Shown here in pieces: positions 1 through 12,600 of a stretch of 64,000 bases of DNA. The first letter of the stretch is position 1. Each line of letters opens with the position of its first letter. This DNA is from Mobula hypostoma (taxonomy: Eukaryota). The stretch covers positions 70,620,001 to 70,684,000 of the forward strand of contig NC_086108.1 of assembly GCF_963921235.1 (NCBI RefSeq), written 5' to 3'. Made by a program: the position numbers and the translations under genes. The notes under the pieces were generated by a model, which was given only the letters and a program-made list of their open reading frames with translations, was not told the origin of the DNA and ran no database searches.

Positions 1-171
1 CTACCCATCGCAGCCACTTCAAAACAGTGTGTTCATCAAATGAAAATTTGAAAAAAAACATAGTTACCAAAATTGAGACGTTACTGTTTCTAGATATGTG
101 GTTGATTCAAAGATTGTACTTTTAAAAATATGAATCACCATGCATTCATGCAAATCTGAATGATAACTTGC

Positions 172-995
172 CTTTCCATTTGTTAGAATGCTTTTCTCAA
201 AGACATAATACAGTTCCCCTGTTTCTGACACATTGTCCACATCATCAACAACACTGCAGCTCAAAGTTTCAGTTTCTGTTGTGCAAGTCTGTGAGGTAGT
301 TGAAATGCAACTGGCAGTGCAATTTGTTCCTTCAGAGCAGTGTACTTCAAGTTTGCAACTATCTTTATGTCTTAGTGACTGCAAATTGGCTGGTGGCATC
401 ACATTTTCCATACTGTTAGACACAAATCCTGTTCCTTTCAGCTCCGCTTGTTTTGAACAAATCTCTGAAGAATCAGACAACTTCAGAGTTCTAGTGGAAT
501 GCTCCACTGAATTGCAGCTGAGCAATCTTTCATTGGCATCTGTTGTACAGTTGCCAGTCTCTTGATTTCCCATATCAGATTTTAGCAAATTCACTGCAAT
601 TCCACCAGTGGGAGATGAAACACTCTTCAATTCTAAATGTTCAAGCTCTGTTTTTACACTTTCAATAGACTCAGCAGCTATGTTAGCAAATACCAGAGTT
701 CCACAGTTACTTGTCCCGTTTATCATTTCTCCATTGGAGGAATGTTCTTTCATATCTCTCTCTGCAGCAGTTCCCTTTTGTGGCAGACGACAATTCCCTG
801 GATGTTCTTCCAGTTTTGCAATCTTTTTATTGCAAATTTTCCCTTTTTTCCTTGCATCTGGTTTTACTTTGATCCCATCTTTTACTTGACGAGAAGCAAA
901 ATATTTATATGCAGTCCTAAATCGCTCCAGAATATACTCATACACCATCTGGCTGTTCAAACTCCGAGCAATATTTCTCTTTAGTGCAAAAGGAT
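172..995 (-). CDS. TUT4: TUT4 coding exon 12 (824 nt): (D)PFALKRNIARSLNSQMVYEYILERF...YYVFEKSILTNGK
   Basis: Acceptor AG at 997-996; enters phase 1, exits phase 0 at AAG|GCAAGT (GC donor); ORF track 64..960. Confidence 0.9.
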
Positions 996-1539
996 CTGTT
1001 AAAAAAAAACAGTATTAAGTTTCCCAGTATCTTTAAAACTAATTATGTATACTTTTAATGCATACAATGACATTTTTAGCACAGTTCTTAAAAATTTAAG
1101 ATATTATTTGCCTGAATGTTGCCATGAAACAAGGTTAAGTAAAGTTTAACATTTCTGATTTTTTTTTAAAGCAAGTGCAAACAAAAATATGTTCCTTTGA
1201 AAAGCAGAAATTTCAATTCAAATTATTTCACTTCGAAGTGTTATGTTTTCTGCTGGAAAATTAGTATAAGTAATTTACCAATATGACCTCAGTATTTACC
1301 AAAACAGCACAATAAACTCTGAATTCCAACAGAACTATCGAGGAAATATAAATATCAGTCTTTTTTTCACCTCTCATCAGCCTATATATGATTTGTACTG
1401 GATTAGGAACAACTATTATTTTACAGTTAGAAGATGGTACACAGAATTATAAGTAAAATTTGAAAGGCCAATATAGCAGAACTAAAATAAATTAAAAGGA
1501 GAAACACTCAAATTAAGAAAAAGCTAACAGTAATGTGTC

Positions 1540-1750
1540 TTTGAAGAAAGCCCTTAACTCCGAGTGGAGTCATTGGGACGTCATCATGACGCCGTTTTTT
1601 TAGCAGGCTTTCTTATTTTTACGAGGCCGAGTTACTAGCTCGACACTCAACCCAGCACGGATGGAAAGCGTGCAAGGGAGCCAGCTGGATTCAAACTCGG
1701 GAGCCTTTGCTCCAAAGTCTGGCGCTGATACCACTACGCCACCAGCTGGC
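1540..1750 (-). mobile_element. tRNA-derived SINE
   Basis: Minus strand begins GCCAGCTGGTGGCGTAGTGG (A box) followed by GAGTTTGAATCC (B box). Confidence 0.7.
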
Positions 1751-2834
1751 TTTAGAACAACTTAATGTTTTCCATCCTGAGCAATGACGGCATATGGATT
1801 GAATACGTTTGAGTTTGCCAAGAACAGACTTCAATTCATAGAAGTTAAAAGAGAAGAAAATCACAACTATTAATTCCCTATTGAATAAAATGAACCTGAC
1901 CACTCAAACATTTCCTTTGTTTCTCATTGTACTTCTATGAAGGGAGTTAGATCACACTGAAATCAATACAATGTAATCAATATTCAATGCAATCGCAGTG
2001 CTCAAACTTACATAGAGGCTGCATAATCAGTGAAAATCATCCACCCACCCTGTCCTACCTCTTCAGTCCTCAAAATACAAACATTCATCAGTTGAGTAAA
2101 TTAGTTTTAAGTGTATTATTATAGTTAATACCAGAATTACAATGTCTTATTTCTGTACACCAAATATAGAAACTTTTTATCCAAATGATCATGGGCACTA
2201 AATGTAGAGTGTACATTAGTGTGCAGTTATCACCCAGTCTTAAAAGCAGCCTTCTCACACTGAGGGTGTGCCTATGGAATTACTTCCTTGGTATTATAAG
2301 ATAGTAAACAAAAATATGTAAATGGAGTTAGACAATAGAAACCATGATCTTTATGAATGGTGAACCAGTTTGAGGGACTTTTCTAGTTTCTAAAAGGGAA
2401 ATTCTTAACATAGAAAGCCATATTCTAAGTGTATTTTATAAATGTTATTTTAATACAATTTAATCCCTTAATAGCATAAACCATGTTTCATTGGTCTTGT
2501 CGATCTGTTTGCACCAAGAATCAATCTGGACTCTGCATTCGAGGCTTGAAAGAAGGTTGTTGCTTTAGAACTGGGTGTGTTACCACTGAACCAAACTGAT
2601 ATTCTGAATAACAAGGACTGGTTTTAGCATAGGAGGTTTCTTCACTAATAATGGACATCTCATCTTAATACTAATCTTCAAAATCTCAAATTTAACCCTC
2701 AGAAATTTTGTAGCACTTTACTATTGTCAATTTTGAGATTTTCCAAGATTCATTTTATTAGAAACTAAGTATTGATTAGATCAACTTTTCATTTATTAAA
2801 CGTATTATTATTTAAGAAATAATTGTTCAATTAC

Positions 2835-3009
2835 CCTCAATGGCCATTCTCCTCTTTGGCCAGTTTTTGTGTTCTCTTGTTACAAGATCTTTTACCCGTA
2901 TACAGATGACATATTCTTCCAATGCAAACTCTAGAGTGTAAAATTTCAATAATTCTAGCCAGAGGCGTCCAACTGAAACCTGGTGTGGTGAACCAAACTT
3001 CAATGCAGC
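2835..3009 (-). CDS. TUT4: TUT4 coding exon 11 (175 nt): AALKFGSPHQVSVGRLWLELLKFYTLEFALEEYVICIRVKDLVTREHKNWPKRRMAIE
   Basis: Hand translation; PAP-associated-like motif LWLELLKFYT...IEDPF; AG/GT boundaries, phase 0 to 1. Confidence 0.95.
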
Positions 3010-3034
3010 CTAAAAAAAAGAAATGAGAAAGTGT

Positions 3035-4220
3035 TGGTGCATGACAGGTAAGGGAGAGATGATGAGCAGATAAAACCAGATGGGGAAGAATTTAGAAAGG
3101 GTAGGCCAAGGAACAAGAAACCCAGAAGGAGGGGAGTTTGGGTGATAGACAGATAGAACCAGGTAGACAATGGTAATGAATCTAAGAAATGGAGAGGGTA
3201 CAAGTGAAGGACAGCAGGGCTGTAAGTGGTCAAGGTGAATAAAAGGAGAAAGAACCTAGGAGTGGAAGAGGACGAGCACAAGAGAGGTGGTTAAGTAAGA
3301 AAAAAAATGTTCACATCATTGGGCTGTAGTCTATCCAAGTGGAATATGAGGCACTGATCTTCCAGTTGCTTTTGGCCAGGCCAAGGACAGACAGGCTGTT
3401 CTGGGAATGGAATGGGAATTAAAGTGACATGCAACTGGAAGCTCAAGATGGTCATTACAGACACTAAGTGTTTCGCAAAACAGTCGCCTCGTCTGAGCTT
3501 GGTCTCTCAAGTTTAGAAGAGGCGACATTGAGAGCACTGAATGCAATAGGCCAGGATAGAGGAGCTGCATGTGAATGGAAGGGCCATTTAGATCCCTGGA
3601 TCTAAGAGAAGAGGTGTAGGGACATCCAATAGTTTCAGGGGAAAGTACCAGGAGTTGGGGAGCAGCAGGTGTGGAGGAATGAGTGAACCAGAGAGTGATC
3701 CTGTGGAAAGCAGAAAGGCTGGGAGAAGGAAAGATGTAACTGAGGTGGGATCTCCTTGCAGCTGGTGGAAATGTTGAAGGATTCAGACCCCTATGGGGTG
3801 AATTTGAGGACCAAGGAAGCTCCCACGTCTATTCTTTCTGGGAGGAGGAGGCTGCTGAGAACAGTCTTCCAGGAAATGGATGAAATGTGACTGAGGGTTC
3901 CATCAACCACAGTAGACAGGAAACTACACTCCCTCAAACAAAAGGGTATTTCAAAATGGAATGCCTCATCATGAGAACAAATTCAATGCAGGTAGAGAAA
4001 CTGAAAGAAAGATATGGTGTCTTCATAGGAGACAGGTTGGGAGGAGGTGTAGTCAAGGTGTCTATGGGAGTCAGTAGGTTTATAATACAGATCGGTGGAT
4101 AGTTTGTCTCCTCAGAGATGGAGAGATCCAGAAAGAGAGAGAAGTATCAGAAATAGTCCAACTGACTTTGAGGGCAGAGTGGAATTTAGTAGCAAAGGCG
4201 ATAAAACTGATGAGTTCTGC
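3035..4220 (-). mobile_element. Old degenerate Penelope-like element (RT C-terminus, GIY-YIG, pyrimidine-rich tail)
   Basis: Relics YKPTDSHRHLDY (about 4050-4085) and LPVACHFNSHS / LIFHLDRLQP (3310-3450), homologous to younger copies in the window. Confidence 0.75.
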
Positions 4221-4364
4221 AGAAATGTCATGGACTCGATGAGCAAAATCATTTCAGTCTGTATTGCAAGCAAAAACAGAAGTACCAAAAACCTAAGCAG
4301 TATTACAGAATATTAATTATAAAAGGAAAACTATTAAAACACAAAAAAACAGTACTGCACTTAC

Positions 4365-4592
4365 TCTGCCTTGTTTTTCCTTCAGTGAACTATTTTGGGC
4401 ATTGGATTCACTGCTTTCCATCTTTCTGTTACATTTTCTGTGATCGATTTTATTTAAGCTTTTTCCATCTCCACTGTTTATGCTTTTTGATTCTCCAGAA
4501 CCTGCTGGTCTGTGTTCCCACAAAACATATTCATCATTTTGTATTCCCTTCAGGTAATACTCATCGATCTTTTTCAAGTCAAAGCCTTCAAT
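4365..4592 (-). CDS. TUT4: TUT4 coding exon 10 (228 nt): IEGFDLKKIDEYYLKGIQNDEYVLWE...LKEKQGR
   Basis: AG at 4594-4593, donor GTAAGT; phase 0 to 0; overlaps ORF 4317..4577. Confidence 0.92.
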
Positions 4593-4849
4593 CTAATTCG
4601 TGGAAGATAATAATATAAAACTCCTGCATTATCTCAAAAATCAAACTGACAGCATAGATTATGGAACATACAGTAAATAAATATAACACTTGCACAATGA
4701 ATACTGATAGATACTTTACAGAAGTAAATAGAGAAATGTAGATAGTTTTCGTGCCAGGAGTAGCCATGAGAATTGATATTTCCATCACATTTAAATAACT
4801 GAGCCAAGTGGGGTGGAGCTACGATGGTGTCCAATAGCAACTCCTTCAA

Positions 4850-5700
4850 GCTCATCTGTGGAAACAGCTCAATTTCTACCTTGATGTCTCTCTTTTTCCT
4901 TTCCGGGTGGATGGGGTTCTATTGAAGACGGGGACCCAGAGTTACACTCAGACTTTGGCTCTTTGTGGTGGTGGGACCCGCTCCCAGGGGCTCATGACCC
5001 CTGGGATCCCCACTTTTTGAAATCCCAAGGACACAGCCTAGAGGACAAGTGCACCTTCAGGGTTTCAAGGTTTCGCGGTCCTGTGGATGGGTTAATTCTA
5101 TGCTAGTGCCGCTGACTGAAGTGTTGCAGGAGAAAACAAAACATCGAGAGCAGTGGATCAGCTGTCAGAGGCTCTGTTCTCCCTAAACTGCATGCTCTTG
5201 CTCTCACCCTCTGTCTCATTGATGAAAGAGAGTTTGTTGCTGATACTTGGGTCAGAGACCTCAAAAAGAATGGTGTGACAGACTTTATCATTGCAAATCA
5301 GGAAGTTGTTTTATTAAGTCTCCCTGCGAAAGGGGACACCTCTTTTTCCTTCTTTTTAGGGAGAGGGGGAGGGGGAGGGGAGACACTGTGGAATGCCAAA
5401 TTGTCAGATGAACGCTTAGTTTTTGTTGTACTGTAGATCATGGTCTTTATTGGGGACTTTGCTATTGCATGCTTAGTGGGTGGAGGTTGCTGATTTTTTT
5501 TGCTGAAGTAGGTGGGGGAGGGTTGTTGCTTTGTTGTTGTTTGTGTGTGGGGATGTGGAAGTGGGGGGGAGGGGTTCTAACATTTTAACCATCACTCATC
5601 CTTTGGGGCACTCTTCTGTTTTCGTGGATGTCTGCGAAGATCAAGATTTTCAGGATGTATATTGTATACATTTCTCTGATAATAAATGAAACTAGACTAT
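4850..5700 (+). mobile_element. Interspersed retroelement-like repeat, family unassigned
   Basis: Its 3' part (5570-5695) matches the reverse complement of 22090-22132 plus 22976-23060; ends with AATAAA. Confidence 0.55.
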
Positions 5701-5777
5701 TGAAGTTACATATGGATATCAAGGAAAACAAAAGAGTAAGCTCTCTTCTCAAAGAAAAAAATATTATTAATTCTCAC

Positions 5778-5897
5778 CCATGAGCCCAAGTAAGCAGGTA
5801 AAAGAGGCTCTTGTCTTTGTTGAAGAAAGAAGATTACCATCAATGTAAATGAATATGAAGGAATGCCACCTTCTGCTTGGCAATCTATATGACAAAT
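5778..5897 (-). CDS. TUT4: TUT4 coding exon 9 (120 nt): ICHIDCQAEGGIPSYSFTLMVIFLLQQRQEPLLPAYLGSW
   Basis: Hand translation; GGIPSY..LM..FLQQ motif of TUTases; AG/GT boundaries. Confidence 0.95.
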
Positions 5898-6301
5898 CTA
5901 AAATCAAAAGGTATTACAAACCTTAAATAGTTAACTGTAGTTACAGTATAATACAATATAAATTATTTCATAAATCGGACAAAAATATTGTTCCAACTCC
6001 TTAAAAATGCTGATAAAAGTTAAATGTTGGACAACAACATTTATACGTGACCTATAAATCATGAGGTTAAGCCATCTCATTGAAATTTAAGGAAAGCAAA
6101 AGAGGTTACAAAAAACTTAGTCAAAGAGATGGGTTCTAAAGAAGATCTAAAAACACAGGGAAATTGCAAGGCAAAAGATACTCGGAGGAAGCATCTGACA
6201 GCAAAATGAAATTGAAAGCACATCTTCAACATCTGGGCAAAAGGAGGAAGAAAGCACAAGAACCAAGATCAGAAAAATGGCAAGTGTGAAAAGAGATTAG
6301 T

Positions 6302-6481
6302 ACACAAGAGATCCTGCAGGTACTGGAAATCCAAAGCCACACACACAAACTGCTGGAGGAACTGAGCAGGTCAGGTGGCATCAATGGAAAGTCCACGTTT
6401 CAGACCCAAGACAAGATGAAGGACCATTTCCATAGATGCTGCCTGACCTGCTGAGTTCCTCCAGCATTTGTGTGTGTTGCA
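6302..6481. mobile_element. Older fold-back Penelope-tail element
   Basis: Inverted arms ACACACAAACTGCTGGAGGAACTGAGCAGG / CCTGCTGAGTTCCTCCAGCATTTGTGTGTGT. Confidence 0.75.
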
Positions 6482-7751
6482 AGAGTGTGTTACAAGCTTC
6501 TTCATTTGTTTGTTGCCCTTTGACAATTCTATCCAGCCACAGGCAGTTCTGCAATATGATGCAATATTTACATTCCTATGAAACTTAGGACAGCAAAATT
6601 AAATTGAAAGCATGTCTTCAATGTCTGGGCAAGAGGAGGAGGAAAGCACAAGAACCAGGAGCAGAAAAATCCTGGTCTCAGGGATATTTCAAAAGGGTTT
6701 AAGCAATGGTGGAATTTTGGATTTTAAATGTGGTCAGGAAAGCACAGTATAATGGATCTCATACAGAACTGAATAAGCACAACTGAGTTTAATAAACTAA
6801 GATTATTTAGAGTGAAACATGAAGTCTAACTACAGATGCCAAAAGAGCCAATGATAAAGCTGTAGATGCCATAATAGATATTGGATCATTTCAGTGTTTA
6901 GCCAAACAGCTCTATGTCTCATCCAAGATGAGCTACTAGGCCATTTGGTTTAAAATACATCATCAATAAAGGGCTCCAGAGAGGTGATAGAGATTTAGGG
7001 TCATCAGTAATTCAGTGGGAGCTGAATCAGTAACAGTTAGTTTTGCAACAACATGAGTTTCCATAATGCAATCTGGTTATAAAGCAATTGACAGATTAGG
7101 GAACACAATTTGCATTACACAACTTTCTATAAAGCCAAGCTTCTTAGGAATGTAACTATTGCATCATATTGCAGAACTAACTGTGTCTGGATAGAATTAC
7201 CAAAGGACAACATACCAATGAAGAGGTGGACAAGGCCAAGGATGAATGCCTGGGTAACTCATAACAAGGCAGTAAGAGGATGACAAAAGCTATTCCTAGA
7301 ATTTGCAAGTCAGAGATAGTTCCTTTTTAGAAATATAGTAGTGAAGAGGCAACTTTAAAAGACTGCTCAGCACAATCTAAGTATGCTGAAAAAAGCCACT
7401 CTCTCTTGTTAATATTCTGTAGCACAAGTCAGGAATTCCATTTCAGTTTTCAGATTTTGTATTATTTTTAGTACAATATTGTATTACAATTCAGGTATGG
7501 AATTTAAGACAAGTAATCATCATAACTTTTACTTTCCTGCAAATTCATTTTCAGTAACTAATTCCAGAGTGAAAGTTTTAACCTGAACTACTTGGCTGAC
7601 TTATCTGTAACCTTTAACCTTTAATAACAGAAATACTTTTATTGTGAAACCCTTCAATAAAGATTCAGTTCACAACTTTCTTTTTACTTTAAATTCTAAT
7701 TTTCACTTCTATTATTTAGATCAATAGTTTGCAGAAAACGAAAATACTCAC

Positions 7752-7878
7752 TCTTGCCCAACACCGAAAGGCTAAAACCAGTGGGATCAGTCGCGGCTCC
7801 AGTTTAACCAGTGTTGCCAAGAGATTTGTAGTAAGGCAGGCCATATCATTCCCTGCACTAACTTTACAAATCAGTCCA
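7752..7878 (-). CDS. TUT4: TUT4 coding exon 8 (127 nt): GLICKVSAGNDMACLTTNLLATLVKLEPRLIPLVLAFRCWAR
   Basis: CAG acceptor, GTGAGT donor; phase 2 to 0. Confidence 0.95.
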
Positions 7879-8037
7879 CTGCAGTTGAAGAGAACAAAGT
7901 GTGTAAGTACTTTCTACAGGTACTGCATTTAAAAGAACAAACTTTTTTTTTTGCATTTGTCCATTTTTTCTAGTTAGTAGATTTGCTACCTAGTTTGCAA
8001 ATTTGGAGAAAAAAGAAAAACAGCTGACAGTAGATCA

Positions 8038-8281
8038 CACAAACACGAAGAAATCTGCAGATGCTGGAAATTCAAGCAACACACACAAAATGCCGGTGGA
8101 ACACAGCAGGCCAGGCAACATCTATAGGAAGAGGTACAGTCGGCGTTTCAGGCTGAGACCCTTGATCAGGTATCAAAGTATGTACATGCCTGACGAAGGG
8201 TCTCGGCCCGAAACATCGACTGTACCTCTTCCTATAGATGCTGCCTGGCCTGCTGCGTTCCACCAGCATTTTGTGTGTGCA
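8038..8281. mobile_element. Fold-back Penelope-tail element with hammerhead relics on both strands
   Basis: About 95-bp imperfect inverted arms around an 18-bp spacer; CTGACGA...GAAAC at 8190-8214; flanks ACAGTAGATCA (8027-8037) and ACAGGAGATCA (8282-8292). Confidence 0.85.
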
Positions 8282-9357
8282 ACAGGAGATCAGTTACAGT
8301 AATAGTATATGGAGAGAGCTCTGGTTTGGAAAATTGCAATCTATTATCTGAATCTCATTCCTATAAATAAGCATTTAATGAAGGTTAGAGAAGAAATATG
8401 TTTTCACAGCTTACAATAGGGTTGTAATTTGGAGCATTGGGGTAAACATGCAAAAAAGGGATCTGATAACTACAACAGAAAGGATCTAGATTAATTTAGA
8501 ACATTCAAAACTGCAAGTGGTCCCAAAGTATTTTACTGCTAATGAAGAACTTCTAAAGTATAGCCACTGATGGCATATTGAAAATTATGTGCACATTTTG
8601 ACTGCTACAAAGTCTCAAAACTAGCATTTGATTCATAAGATAATTTCCTTTCATTGTTTTGATTCGTGAATAAATGTAATCCAGGAAACTGGAACTTTCC
8701 TGTCCTCCTTCAGTCTGGTATGTTTATTTTACATCTGAAAGAACATGTGAGGGGGTAACCAATGTGATAGTAGGGTAGTGGACATTGTCTCTATACAGTT
8801 TAGCAAGGTCCTTCATGACAGGCTATTTTGAAAAGTGAGATTGCATGGGATCCAGGGGGAGCTGGCCAACTGGATTCTTATTGGCTCAGTTGTAAGAAGC
8901 AGAGGGTGATGGCTCTCAGATTGGAGGCCTGTGTCTAGCAGTGTTCTACAGGAGCTGGTGCTGGAATTTTGTTGTTTGTAATTTATATAGACAACTTGAT
9001 GTGAATGTGTAAGGCATGGTAGTTTGCGAATTATACTAAAATAGGTAGTGCTGTAGATTGTGTAGAAAATTATGAAAAATTACAAGGGGATCTTGGTCAG
9101 CTAGATAGGTAGGCTGGGGATTGGTAACTGGCTGTCAATCCAGATAAATACAATGTGCATTTTGGTGTTCATCCAGGGTAGGGCCCCAGAGAGGATTTAG
9201 CAGTGCAAATGCATAGTTTGTTGAAAAACTGCCTCACAGGTCGAAAGGCTGTCATCAGTCAGGACAATGAGTATAGAGATAGGAAGTTATATTGTAATTA
9301 TAAAAGAAGCTGGTGAAACTACACGTAAGAGTATTGTGTGTATTTTGGTTACATTGT

Positions 9358-12300
9358 CATAGAGTCATAGAACACAGCAGCACAGAAACAAGCCCTTTGG
9401 CACACCTAGCTAGCACTGAAACATTAATCTGCCTAGTTCTATTGATCTGCAGCCAGACCACAGCCCTTCATACACCTCTCATCCATGTAACTATCCAAAT
9501 TTCTCTCAAATGTTGAAATCAACCATGCAGCCACCACTTGCCCTGGCAGCTTATTTTATACACTCAGCACCCTCTGAGTGAAGACATTCCCTCTTCATGT
9601 TACCCTTAAACATTACATCTTTCACCCTTAACCCTTATCTAGTGTCAGCCAACCTCAGTGAAAGCCTGCTTGCATTTACCTTGTCCATACCTCTCATAGT
9701 TTTGTACATCTCTATCAATTCTCCCCTCAATCCTCTACATTCTAGGGAATAAAGTCCTCACCTTTAAAGTCCAACCCCTTTCCCTATACCTCAGGACCTC
9801 AAGTCCTGGAAACATTCTTGTAAATTCTTGCTGCAGTCTTTCAATCTTATTTCAATCTCTCCTGTAGGCAGGTGACCAGAACTACACACAATACTCCAAA
9901 TTAGGCATCACCAACGTCTTATACAATTTCAACATAACATCCTAACTCCAGTACTCAATACAGGAAGGTCAATGTGCCAAAAGCTTTCTTCACAACCCTC
10001 TCTACTTGTGACGCCACTTTCAAGGAATTGTGGACGGTATTCCCAGAGCCCTCTGCTCTACCACACTCCTCAGTGCCCCACTGCTCACTGTGTAAAATCC
10101 ACCCAGGTTATCCTTCCCAAAGTGCAACACCTCAACCTTGTCTGCATTAAATTCCATCCGCCAATTTTCAGCCCATTTTACCAGCCAGTCTAGATGCTGC
10201 TGTAAGCTTTGAAAGTCTTCCTCATTGTCCACTACACCCCAAACTCTGATGTCATCTGCAAATGTGCTGATCCAGTTTACCACATTATCATCCAAATCAC
10301 TAATATAGACAACAAATAATAATGGATCAGAATCGATCCCTGCGGCACTCTACTAATCACAGGCTTCCTGTCAGAGAGGCAACCATCCACTACTGCTCTC
10401 TGGCTTCTTCCACAAAGCCAATATCTAATCCAATTTACTACCTTTTCTTGAATGCCAAGCAACTGAACCTTCTTGACCAACCTCCTAATGGGACCTCATC
10501 AAAGGCCTCGCTAAAGTCCATATAGATGACATCCACTGCCTCAACTTCATCAGCTTTCCTGGTAACTTCCTCAAAAAAACTCTAAAAGCATGGTTAAACA
10601 GGACTTACCATGCACAAAGCAACATTGACTATCCTTAATCAATCTCTGGCTATCCAAATACTTATCAACCTGGTCCCTCAGAATACCTTCCAATATCTTT
10701 CCCGCTACTGATGTCAGGCTCACCGGCCTATAATTTCCTGGTCTATTCTTAGAGCCCCTGCAATTTCTGCACTAGCTTTCCTAAGGGTCTGAGCAAACAC
10801 ATTGTCAGGCCCTGAGGATTTATCCATCCTAATTTGCTTCAAGACAGCAAGCACCTCCTCCTCTGTAATCCATATAGGGTTCATGACCTCAATGCTGTAT
10901 TGCTTCGCATCAATAGACTCTGTGTCCATCTCCAGAGTAAATACAGATGCAAAAATTCCATTTAAGATCTCCCCCATCTCTTTCAGCTCCACGCAAAGAT
11001 TACCACTCTGATCTTCCAAAGAACCATTTTTATCCCTCACTATCCTTTTGTTCTTAATATACCTGTAGAAGTCTCAGGATTCTCCTTCACTTTGTTTGCT
11101 ACAGCAACCTCACGTCTCCTTTTTGCTTTCCTGATTAAGTGTTCTCTTGCATTTTTTATTAACTTCAAGTACCTAATTTGTTCATGCTTGCCTATACTTG
11201 CTATCACCACCTTCTTTTCTTAACCAGAGCCTCAATATCTCTCGAAAACCAAGGCTCCCTAAACTTGTTACCCTTGCCTTTTATTCTGACGGGAATATAC
11301 AAACTCCCAAAATTTCACTTTTGAAGGCCTCCCACCTACCAAGTACATCTTAGCCAGAAGACAACTTGCCCCAATCCACATCTGCCAGATACTTTCTGAC
11401 GCCATCAAAATAGGTCTTTCTCCAATTTAGAATCTCAATCTGAGGACCAGACCGATCCTTTTCCATAATTATCTTGAAACTAATAGCATTATGATCACTA
11501 GATGCAAAACGTTCCCCTACACATACTTCAGTCACCTGCCCTGTCTCATTCCTTCATAGGAAATCTAGAATTACATTCTCTGTAGTTGGGACTTCTATGT
11601 ACTGATTAAGGAAACCTTCCTGAACACATTTGACAAACTTTACCCCATCCAGTCCTTTTACAGTATGGGAGTCCAAATCAATATGTGAACGTAAAATCAC
11701 CTACTACCATAACCTCAAAGAAGAGAGAATCTACAAATGCTGGAAATCCAAGCAACACACACAAAATACTGGAGGAACTCAGCAGGCCAATCAGCATCTA
11801 TGGAAAAGAGTACAGTCGACGTTGCGGGCCGAGACTCTTCGGGCCCAAAATGTCAACTGTACTCTTTTCCATAGATGCTGCCTGGCCTGCGAAGTTCCTC
11901 CACCATTTTGTGTGTGCCACTATCACAACCTTCTGTTTCTTGCAACAGTCTGCGATGTCTCTATAAATTTGCTCCTCTAAATCCCACAGACTGTAGTGTG
12001 ATCTATAATATAATCCCATTAACATGGGCATATCTTTCTTATTCCTCATTACTAACAAGAAAGCCTCACTGGACAAGCTCTCTAGTCTGTTCTGTCTGAG
12101 CACTGCCATGAACACTTCTCTGTTTAGTAATGCCATCCCTCCCACTCAATCACATGTAAAACAACAGAACCAAGGAACATTGAGCTGCCAGCCCTGCCCC
12201 TCCTGCAACCAAGTCTCAGCAATGGCTACAATGTCAATTCTACGTACTGATCCATCCTCGAAGTTCATTCACCTTTCCTACAATACTGCTTGCAATGTAA

Positions 12301-12600
12301 TTCCTTTTCCGCTCCTGATAGTCACCTGCTTACCTGTGCCCTGCACCTTGGGTGTAACTACCTCTCTTTAAGTACTGTCTATCAATCCCTCAGCCTCCTG
12401 AATGATCCGGAGTTCATCCAGTTCCAGCGCCAGCTCCCTACTGTGGATTGTTAAAAGCTGCAACTTGATGCACTTCTTGAGGGTATAGTTATCAGGGACA
12501 CTAGGGGTCTGCCCGCCTTCCCACATCCTTCAAGAGGAGCATTCCAGTATCCTGTCTGGCACTCCCACTGCTCTAAACGTGCAATAACAAAAAAAAGAAA
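9358..12600 (-). mobile_element. Long degenerate CR1 LINE (APE endonuclease + RT)
   Basis: ORF relics FASSDHNAISF (APE), KSSGPDNV, VPQGSIL, FADDIR, WRMEFNADK. Confidence 0.9.
11716..11916. mobile_element. Fold-back Penelope-tail element inserted in the CR1 endonuclease region
   Basis: Inverted arms around GGCCGAGACTCTTCGGGCC; degraded 15-bp flanking repeat (12/15 match) at 11701-11715 and 11917-11931. Confidence 0.8.

Noticed and set aside
233..984. Plus-strand ORFs of 93-115 aa
   Set aside because: Antisense shadows of the large TUT4 exon.
1660..1750. tRNA genes here and at 28255, 34185 and 57460
   Set aside because: A/B boxes run directly into SINE bodies and no intact cloverleaf is apparent.
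2521..2663. Possible alternative terminal exon in frame after TUT4 exon 2835-3009 (DEMSIISEETSY...RMQSPD*)
   Set aside because: The acceptor lacks a polypyrimidine tract, there is no recognisable homology, and a 47-codon open frame can arise by chance.
8003..8302. Recurrent short ORFs (PDEGSRPETSTVPLP..AAWPAAF) as a peptide family or CRISPR-like repeat
   Set aside because: They are translations of the dispersed non-coding Penelope tail; there is no regular repeat-spacer array.
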